Below the pieces are notes generated by a model that was given only the letters and a program-made list of their open reading frames with translations, had not been told where the DNA came from and did no database searches. Positions 1 to 5,723 of a DNA stretch of 12,702 nucleotides are shown one piece after another (position 1 is the first letter of the stretch; each line of letters opens with the position of its first letter). The stretch comes from a candidate division WOR-3 bacterium. Its GTDB lineage: Bacteria > Hydrothermota > UBA3072 > B12-G15. The stretch covers positions 1 to 12,702 of the forward strand of contig CBFGJG010000052.1 of assembly GCA_965649055.1 (NCBI GenBank). The letters run 5' to 3'. The translations under genes and the position numbers were made by a program.

Positions 1-1
1 A

Positions 2-154
2 TATATACCATCTATAATAATTGATGAGATTTATGATAAAATTTTTAGACAAAACTTAAATGTTAATTATAATAAATTGTACCACCATGTCCCTGATCTT
101 CCCGTAATGTATTATCTTAAAATAAAAAAATTATTTAAATCTTCTCAGAGATAG
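2..154 (+). CDS. 3' end of an unidentified protein entering from the left (partial; not in the ORF track)
   Basis: Frame starting at base 2 is open for 50 codons: YIPSIIIDEIYDKIFRQNLNVNYNKLYHHVPDLPVMYYLKIKKLFKSSQR, then TAG at 152-154. An open stretch this long is unlikely by chance in such AT-rich DNA. No family recognised. Confidence 0.55.
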   Translation, partial: YIPSIIIDEIYDKIFRQNLNVNYNKLYHHVPDLPVMYYLKIKKLFKSSQR

Positions 155-1540
155 ACCAATTAAAAACCAGTAAATTGGTGTTGTGCTATAAAGATTAAGA
201 CCTCCAACTACAAAATATGTTAAGATTAAAGAAAAAATAATAACATACAATTCATTTGATGTCTCTTTATAATTAACATAACAATTTTTAAGAGAAAGAA
301 TTATTATAACAAGATACATTATACCACCGATAAGACTTGTGGTAGCAATAAAGGAAAAAAAAGGAATTTCAAAGCCTATTATCTTACTCCCAAATTTCCA
401 CGCAGCAAGGGTAGTGGTTCCCAAACCTGTTCCAAAAGGATATCTCGAAATCAACCTTGGGAGATAAATAAATTCACCAAATCTTTCCCAGACAGTTGAT
501 TCAGATGAAAATGGATCAAATATTCCTTTTATTACATGATAATAAACCCTTGATATATTAACAGGTAAAACATGGTAAAAAGAAGTAACAGAGATTGAAG
601 AGATAAGCAAAGAATAAAATAGGAAGAAAAAGAAACCGATCAGTAATGCAAGTTTTTTATCCTTAATATAGACGAATACCTGGAATACCAAACCAAAAAA
701 TAACATTATGATAATCCCCCTTATTCCTTCGGTTATAGCCGCATAAAAAATAATTATCATTGCTAAAAAATACAATGATAATCTTAATTTCTTTAAAAAG
801 AAACCAGAAGCAATGAGAAAGGCAAGCAGTATATAATTCCCATATTCCTGTGGACTTGCAAATGTTGAAATTGGACGAACAAATGAATGTATTGCAATTG
901 AACTAAATTTTTCAATTTCCATTTTTGCATAAACCCATTTCCATTCAAAATTTGCAAAACCAAACAAACCTTGTTTAATTCCATAAATTGAACATATAAC
1001 ACCTATAACTAATATTATTCTAAAAATACTTCTTACCTTATACTCCTTATCAAACATTAATGCGAAATAAAACCATAACATCGGAATAATCCAGAATTTT
1101 GCACCACCTAATCCAACCAAGATTGAACCCTGGGATGGGTTAAACATCTGCAAAATCATTAGAATAAATAGCAAAGTGAAAAATCTACCTATGTATGATT
1201 CTTTAATAACTTTGAATATCTCCCTCCTTTTTACAAGTATAATGATAATAAAGAATGTTAAAACAAAAATATCTGAAAGTATATTTATCAAATCTATTCT
1301 AACATAAGGGCTGAAAATGTACATTATCCTTCTCAGTAAACCAATAAATGGGGTTAGAATGAATAATGCTATAATTATTTTTTCCCTGAAAATCAAACAG
1401 ATGGATAAAGAAATAACTATAAAAAAAATAATATAATTTCTTATATCTCCTTTAATAATAAAAAAAAATGTAAAAAATATAATAATTAAGAAAAATATAA
1501 GAATTAAAAGACTCTTAAAACCTTTATTGTCAAAAAACAT
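131..1540 (-). CDS. O-antigen ligase/polymerase-like (Wzy_C-type) polytopic membrane protein
   Basis: 469 aa with many hydrophobic segments. Contains R-x-x-STF-x-x-P (RPISTFASPQEYG), an RG motif after a helix pair (TEGIRG), and a loop Arg followed by P-x-G-x-G-L-G (ERFGEF...YPFGTGLGT), typical of the WaaL/Wzy superfamily. Confidence 0.7.
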   Translation of the reverse strand: MFFDNKGFKSLLILIFFLIIIFFTFFFIIKGDIRNYIIFFIVISLSICLIFREKIIIALFILTPFIGLLRRIMYIFSPYVRIDLINILSDIFVLTFFIIIILVKRREIFKVIKESYIGRFFTLLFILMILQMFNPSQGSILVGLGGAKFWIIPMLWFYFALMFDKEYKVRSIFRIILVIGVICSIYGIKQGLFGFANFEWKWVYAKMEIEKFSSIAIHSFVRPISTFASPQEYGNYILLAFLIASGFFLKKLRLSLYFLAMIIIFYAAITEGIRGIIIMLFFGLVFQVFVYIKDKKLALLIGFFFFLFYSLLISSISVTSFYHVLPVNISRVYYHVIKGIFDPFSSESTVWERFGEFIYLPRLISRYPFGTGLGTTTLAAWKFGSKIIGFEIPFFSFIATTSLIGGIMYLVIIILSLKNCYVNYKETSNELYVIIFSLILTYFVVGGLNLYSTTPIYWFLIGLSLRRFK

Positions 1541-1546
1541 ATAGAT

Positions 1547-1574
1547 ATTTTATATACCTGAAAATATAAGTCAA
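1547..1574 (-). promoter_or_regulatory. sigma70-type promoter for the O-antigen ligase-like gene, leaderless geometry
   Basis: Minus strand reads TTGACT (1574-1569) - 16 nt - TAAAAT (1552-1547) - 6 nt - ATG (1540). No Shine-Dalgarno sequence. Confidence 0.65.
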
Positions 1575-1579
1575 TATAT

Positions 1580-1607
1580 TTGACAATTTTTTAAAAATTA
1601 ATATCAT
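1580..1607 (+). promoter_or_regulatory. sigma70-type promoter for the class-V PLP enzyme, leaderless geometry
   Basis: TTGACA (1580-1585) - 16 nt - TATCAT (1602-1607) - 6 nt - ATG (1614). No Shine-Dalgarno sequence. Confidence 0.7.
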
Positions 1608-1613
1608 TAAATA

Positions 1614-2717
1614 ATGACAGAATTTTGCATTCCTAAAGAGAAAATCTACTTCAATTGGGCATCAACGGGTCTTATTCCACAAAAAACAAAAAATTCTATG
1701 ATATCATTAATAAATTACTTATCAGAAATAGGTAGCCCGGAAAAGGAATTTATAGAAGAAATAGTTGAAAACTTGAGAAAAAATGTCTCAACACTTCTCA
1801 ATACTTCACCGGAAAACATTGCTTTAACACACAATACCTCCGAAGGAATTATTATTGCCCTTTTGAACTTATTAAACGAAAATGATAAAATAATTTGTAT
1901 GCAGGATGCATTCCCTTCAACAACCTACATAGTAAATTACAATTTCCCACAAAATGAAAAAATTTATTTAAAATTTAACTATAAAAATCCAGTCGAGGAT
2001 ATTAAAAGAAATTTGAAAACAAAGGTAAAGGCTGTAGTTCTTGATCTTGTTAACTATTCTGATGGCACCTATATAGATTTGAAAGAGTTAGGAGAATTCT
2101 TAAAAGAGAAAGAAATCAGCCTTGTTGTTGACGGGATACAGGGTATTGGATGTTTTCCCTTCAATCCTTCTGAATTTAATGTGGACTTCCTTTCTGTTGC
2201 AGGAACAAAATGGCTTCTTGGAATCTTTGGTTCTGGTTTTCTTTATATAAATCCTGACAAACAAAAAAAAATAAAAAAGATATATACAGGCTGGCTTGGT
2301 GCAGAATGGAAGAATTTTTCGGATTTTTTTAATCTTCCAGAACCATACGATGATGCAAGAAGATTTGAAACAGGAACAAAAAATATTATAAGCTTTAAAG
2401 GATTAAGTGAAAATATTAAATTAATTTTAGGGCTTAAACTTAACAATATATCTTCAAAAATCACCTCACTGAAAAATTATTTTATAGAAAATATTAAACA
2501 ACTGGATTTCATAGTTATAACTCCTGAAGATTCAATCTCTGGAATAGTATCTGTAAAGCATAAAAAAATACCATCCCAGGAATGGTTTAATTTTCTTAAA
2601 TCTAATAATATCTTTATTTCCCTAAGAAATGACGCCTTAAGATTTTCTTTTCATTATTTCAACAATATTATAGAAATTGACAAAACCCTTAATATTATTA
2701 AGAAATTTCTTGACTAA
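1614..2717 (+). CDS. Aminotransferase class V-fold PLP-dependent enzyme (desulfurase/kynureninase-like fold, substrate unknown)
   Basis: IYFNWASTG, NTSEG, VVDGIQGIG (PLP Asp173), DFLSVAGTKWLLG..GSGFLY (PLP Lys199), RFETGT, LRFSFHYFN. Confidence 0.85.
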   Translation: MTEFCIPKEKIYFNWASTGLIPQKTKNSMISLINYLSEIGSPEKEFIEEIVENLRKNVSTLLNTSPENIALTHNTSEGIIIALLNLLNENDKIICMQDAFPSTTYIVNYNFPQNEKIYLKFNYKNPVEDIKRNLKTKVKAVVLDLVNYSDGTYIDLKELGEFLKEKEISLVVDGIQGIGCFPFNPSEFNVDFLSVAGTKWLLGIFGSGFLYINPDKQKKIKKIYTGWLGAEWKNFSDFFNLPEPYDDARRFETGTKNIISFKGLSENIKLILGLKLNNISSKITSLKNYFIENIKQLDFIVITPEDSISGIVSVKHKKIPSQEWFNFLKSNNIFISLRNDALRFSFHYFNNIIEIDKTLNIIKKFLD

Positions 2718-2738
2718 TAAAATCTTTTTAATAAAAAT
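2710..2738 (+). promoter_or_regulatory. possible promoter for tdh-kbl overlapping the upstream stop codon
   Basis: TTGACT at 2710-2715, then TAAAAAT at 2732-2738 (16-nt spacer to TAAAAA). The -10 element is imperfect. Confidence 0.35.
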
Positions 2739-2744
2739 TTCTAA

Positions 2745-2750
2745 AAGGAG
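2745..2750 (+). promoter_or_regulatory. Shine-Dalgarno site for tdh
   Basis: AAGGAG lies 6 nt before ATG 2757 and directly abuts ATG 2751, so 2757 is the more likely start. Confidence 0.7.
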
Positions 2751-2756
2751 ATGAAT

Positions 2757-3713
2757 ATGAAAAATATATTAATAACAGGTGCATGTGGACAGATAGGAAC
2801 TGAACTAACAATTTTTTTAAGGGATAAATATGGAATAGACAAAGTCATAACAAGTGATATAAGGAAGCCTTCAGAAAGTATGTCTGAATCAGGACTGTTC
2901 GTAATCCTCGATGTTACAAATATTCAAAGCGTAAAAGAAACAGTTCAAAAATACAATGTTGGATGTATATATCATCTTGCCGCTATTCTTTCGGCAACAG
3001 GAGAAAAAAATCCTGAACTTGCGTGGAATGTAAATATGAACGGTCTTTATAATATCCTTGAAGTATCGAGAGAATATAAATGTGCTGTTTTCATTCCAAG
3101 TTCTATTGCTGTCTTCGGCCCTGAAACCCCAAAAAATAAAACTCCACAGGATACAATACAAAGACCTACTTCTATTTACGGAATAACAAAGGTTGCAGGT
3201 GAACTACTTGCAGATTACTATTACAAAAAATACGGTGTAGATACAAGGGGGTTAAGATATCCCGGACTGATTTCCTATCTTACCCCACCAGGTGGCGGAA
3301 CTACTGATTATGCTGTTGAGATTTTCTATGAAGCTATAAAGAACAAATCATACACATGTTTTTTAAAGGAAGACACAATGCTTGATATGATGTATATGCC
3401 TGACGCACTTGAAGCTGCTGTGAAACTTATGGAGGCAGACCCTAATAAACTGAAACACAGAAATGCTTTCAATGTTACCGCTTTCAGTATCACCCCGAAA
3501 ATCCTTGCAGAAAAGATTAAGAAATACATACCTGAATTTAAAATCACCTATAATGTTGACCCTGTAAGACAGGCAATTGCGGATTCATGGCCCAATAATA
3601 TGGATGACTCTGTTGCAAGGAAGGAATGGGGCTGGGAACCAAAGTATGACCTTGAAATGATGACAAAAGATATGATAGAAAAACTTAAAATGAAACTGAA
3701 AAAAGGAGTTTAA
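2757..3713 (+). CDS. tdh: L-threonine 3-dehydrogenase, SDR (NAD-dependent epimerase/dehydratase) type
   Basis: ILITGACGQIG Rossmann motif, HLAAILSATGE, PSSIAVFG, catalytic YGITK, LRYPGLIS, PGGGTTDYA, MMYMPD and RQAIADSWP are signature segments of SDR-type threonine dehydrogenases. Directly upstream of kbl. Start moved from 2751 to 2757 on RBS spacing. Confidence 0.88.
   Translation: MKNILITGACGQIGTELTIFLRDKYGIDKVITSDIRKPSESMSESGLFVILDVTNIQSVKETVQKYNVGCIYHLAAILSATGEKNPELAWNVNMNGLYNILEVSREYKCAVFIPSSIAVFGPETPKNKTPQDTIQRPTSIYGITKVAGELLADYYYKKYGVDTRGLRYPGLISYLTPPGGGTTDYAVEIFYEAIKNKSYTCFLKEDTMLDMMYMPDALEAAVKLMEADPNKLKHRNAFNVTAFSITPKILAEKIKKYIPEFKITYNVDPVRQAIADSWPNNMDDSVARKEWGWEPKYDLEMMTKDMIEKLKMKLKKGV
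3703..3708 (+). promoter_or_regulatory. Shine-Dalgarno site for kbl (inside the tdh 3' end)
   Basis: AAGGAG 6 nt before ATG 3715; an alternative ATG lies at 3718. Confidence 0.65.
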
Positions 3714-3714
3714 T

Positions 3715-4938
3715 ATGATGAAGAATTTAAAGAATATTCTGTTAAATGAAATTGAACAGTTAAAAAAAGAAGGACGTGCTAAAGGTAAAGAGTTTATTAT
3801 AACTAAAGTAAAAAAGCCAAAAGGTAAAGATGGAACAAGGGTTTATCTTAAAGGTTATGATAAACCATTTATAAGAATGAACTCAAATTCATATCTCGGT
3901 ATGTCTCTAAGGGAAGATATCATTGAAGAAGAAGAGAAGGTAGCAAGAAAATTTGGTGTGGGACCTGGTGCAGTCCGATTCATAAGCGGAACATATATAT
4001 ATCATAGAGAACTTGAGAAAATGCTTGCTGAGTTTCATAATCGTGAAGATGGAATGATATATAGCGCAGCATATGTTACAGTGATTGGTGTTATTTCCTC
4101 GCTCATAACCGAAGATACATGTGTTGTCAGCGATGAATTGAATCATAATTGTATTATTAATGCTATAAAACTATCAAGACCAAAAGAAAAAAAGATTTAT
4201 AAGCATCTTGATATGAAAGGACTCGAACAAATTATACTTGAATCAAAAGGGAATGTGAAAAGGATGATTATCGTAACAGATGGTATTTTCAGTATGAGGG
4301 GTGATTATGCACCTCTTGATAAGATTATGGAACTTTCTGAAAAATACAATTCACATTTCCCAGAAGATATAATTGTTATTGTTGATGATTCTCACGGGGT
4401 TGGTGCATTCGGGAAAACAGGTAGGGGGACAGAAGAGTATACGAATACGAAGGTAGATATTCTTATTGGAACATTAGGTAAGGCATTCGGAGTTAATGGC
4501 GGATATGTTGTTTCTGATGAAATTGTTACAACATATTTAAGGGAAAAAGCCATAACTTATATTTATTCTAATCCAATAACCACAGCTGAAGCTGCTTGTG
4601 CTTTAAAGGTCTTAAAATTTCTTGATAGTCCGAAGGGTAGGAAAAGATTGGAGTATTTAAGAAAACTCACTAAAAGATTTAAAGAAGGATTGGTAAATCT
4701 CGGATATGAAACGATTGAAGGAGAGCATCCTATAGTCCCGTTACTTGTAAGAGATACTCAGAAAACATCCGATCTTGTAAAATATCTTCTATCAAATGGT
4801 ATACTTGCAACAGGACTAAATTATCCTGTCGTTCCAAAGGGTGATGAGACAATAAGGTTCCAGGTTAATGCCGACCACACCGAAAAAGACATTGATTATG
4901 TCCTTAATGTCTTGAAAAAATATAAAAATAAATCTTGA
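3715..4938 (+). CDS. kbl: 2-amino-3-ketobutyrate CoA ligase (glycine C-acetyltransferase), alpha-oxoamine synthase family
   Basis: SNSYLG, GPGAVRFISGT, SDELNH, TDGIFSMRGD, DDSHGVG, TLGKAFG (PLP Lys), YPVVPKG..IR.Q. Starts 1 nt after the tdh stop, which favours Kbl over BioF. Confidence 0.85.
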   Translation: MMKNLKNILLNEIEQLKKEGRAKGKEFIITKVKKPKGKDGTRVYLKGYDKPFIRMNSNSYLGMSLREDIIEEEEKVARKFGVGPGAVRFISGTYIYHRELEKMLAEFHNREDGMIYSAAYVTVIGVISSLITEDTCVVSDELNHNCIINAIKLSRPKEKKIYKHLDMKGLEQIILESKGNVKRMIIVTDGIFSMRGDYAPLDKIMELSEKYNSHFPEDIIVIVDDSHGVGAFGKTGRGTEEYTNTKVDILIGTLGKAFGVNGGYVVSDEIVTTYLREKAITYIYSNPITTAEAACALKVLKFLDSPKGRKRLEYLRKLTKRFKEGLVNLGYETIEGEHPIVPLLVRDTQKTSDLVKYLLSNGILATGLNYPVVPKGDETIRFQVNADHTEKDIDYVLNVLKKYKNKS

Positions 4939-4962
4939 CAAAAAAAATAAAAAAATTAAACT
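4935..4962 (+). promoter_or_regulatory. strong sigma70-type promoter for the lipoprotein-LysM unit
   Basis: Consensus TTGACA (4935-4940, containing the kbl TGA stop) - 16 nt - TAAACT (4957-4962). Confidence 0.7.
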
Positions 4963-4968
4963 TAAAAA

Positions 4969-4976
4969 AAGGAGGT
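4969..4976 (+). promoter_or_regulatory. consensus Shine-Dalgarno site for the small lipoprotein
   Basis: AAGGAGGT followed by ATG at 4983. Confidence 0.85.
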
Positions 4977-4982
4977 TTTTAG

Positions 4983-5219
4983 ATGAAAAAGCTTTTTCTA
5001 ACAGGTTGTATTTTATTTGCATTTATCGGTTGCACCAAATATGCGACCAAGGAGCAGATGAACGAACTTGAACAGAGGAAGAATTCTGTGGAGGCATTGA
5101 AGACAGAAATATCAAGACTGCAGAGTGAAAAGCAGAAACTGATAGCTGAAAGAGATGCAAAGAAAGCAGAATACGAAGCACTTCAAAAAGAATACGACGC
5201 ATTGCTTCAGAAGAAATAG
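4983..5219 (+). CDS. Small coiled-coil lipoprotein with C-terminal Lys (Lpp-like architecture)
   Basis: 78 aa: MKK + hydrophobic core + lipobox FIG-C17. The mature 62 aa are almost entirely heptad repeat (L29, V36, L39, I43, L46, L53, Y64, L67, Y71, L74) and end in QKK. Consensus RBS. Confidence 0.85.
   Translation: MKKLFLTGCILFAFIGCTKYATKEQMNELEQRKNSVEALKTEISRLQSEKQKLIAERDAKKAEYEALQKEYDALLQKK
5169..5204 (+). repeat. imperfect 21-bp-period tandem repeat (one coiled-coil heptad) in the lipoprotein gene
   Basis: gaatacgaagcactt (5169-5183) and gaatacgacgcattg (5190-5204), encoding EYEAL and EYDAL. Confidence 0.55.
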
Positions 5220-5224
5220 GAGGT
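5218..5224 (+). promoter_or_regulatory. consensus Shine-Dalgarno site for the LysM protein, overlapping the lipoprotein stop
   Basis: AGGAGGT overlaps TAG 5217-5219 and suits ATG 5229. The track's GTG start at 5223 lies inside the RBS. Confidence 0.8.
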
Positions 5225-5228
5225 GAAT

Positions 5229-5657
5229 ATGAAAAAGATATTAATATTATTGATCCTTTCATTGTTGATTACTCCATTTATCTATGCAGCGGAAACAAAG
5301 CTGAAACCAGAAGAGGCACAGAAACAAATCCAGTATTACACGGACCTTGAAAATCAATTGAAGCAACAAATCGAAAATGAGAAACTTGAAATAGAGGCAC
5401 TCAAGGGAGAAATAAGAGGTCTTGAAGAAAAAATACAAGATCTTAAAGCAAAGATTGAAGAGCTTAAAGCAAAATTAGCGGAAGTGTATTACATTGTCAA
5501 ATGGGGTGACTGGCTTTCAAAACTTGCAGAATATCCAAATGTTTATGGAAAAGGTCAATATAGAAGGTGGAGAGATATTTATAATGCAAACAAAAATCTA
5601 ATAAAAGATCCAGACCTTATACTTCCTGGTTGGAAACTAAAAATACCAAAACCATAA
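5229..5657 (+). CDS. Secreted coiled-coil protein with C-terminal LysM peptidoglycan-binding domain
   Basis: Sec signal peptide (MKKILILLILSLLITPFIYA), roughly 55-aa heptad repeat, then YIVKWGDWLSKLA...YG....WRDIYNAN...IKDPDLILPGWKLKIP, matching the LysM pattern YxVxxGDxLxxIA...I.xAN....P.LI.PG..L.IP. Confidence 0.9.
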   Translation: MKKILILLILSLLITPFIYAAETKLKPEEAQKQIQYYTDLENQLKQQIENEKLEIEALKGEIRGLEEKIQDLKAKIEELKAKLAEVYYIVKWGDWLSKLAEYPNVYGKGQYRRWRDIYNANKNLIKDPDLILPGWKLKIPKP

Positions 5658-5682
5658 AAAAAATATCAGAAAACAACAAAAT

Positions 5683-5720
5683 AGCAGCTACTGAAAATAC
5701 TCAGTGGCTGCTTTTATTTT
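5683..5720 (+). terminator. intrinsic (rho-independent) terminator
   Basis: 12-bp stem AGCAGCTACTGA (5683-5694) / TCAGTGGCTGCT (5701-5712) with one G-U pair, 6-nt loop AAATAC, followed by TTTATTTT. Confidence 0.85.
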
Positions 5721-5723
5721 AAT

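Noticed and set aside
1421..1468. Poly-T tracts (8-9 nt on the coding strand) near the 5' end of the ligase-like gene as a phase-variation switch
   Set aside because: A/T runs of this length occur throughout this AT-rich window and here encode Phe-rich TM segments; the frame is intact.
2677..2705. Consensus TTGACA near the end of the class-V enzyme gene as the tdh promoter
   Set aside because: No good -10 element at 16-18 nt spacing (TATTAT is only 10 nt away).
1614..2717. Calling this gene sufS/iscS/csd
   Set aside because: The catalytic Cys loop is absent and no Fe-S assembly genes are nearby.
3715..4938. Calling this gene bioF
   Set aside because: Coupling to threonine dehydrogenase and the VRFISGT and DDSH motifs fit Kbl better; no biotin genes are nearby.
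4998..5009. Alternative lipobox LTG-C9 in the small lipoprotein
   Set aside because: It would leave an 8-residue signal peptide, too short. FIG-C17 follows a normal-length hydrophobic core.
5211..5231. Lipoprotein and LysM ORFs are in the same frame, separated by one TAG (AAA TAG GAG GTG AAT ATG): possible amber read-through, recoding or split pseudogene
   Set aside because: The second ORF has its own consensus RBS and a full signal peptide, the TAG-GAGG overlap is ordinary translational coupling, and no other gene here needs TAG read as sense.
5658..5723. Riboswitch or sRNA in the LysM-phoH gap
   Set aside because: Only 66 bp, explained by an A-rich spacer plus one terminator hairpin; no aptamer-like structure seen.
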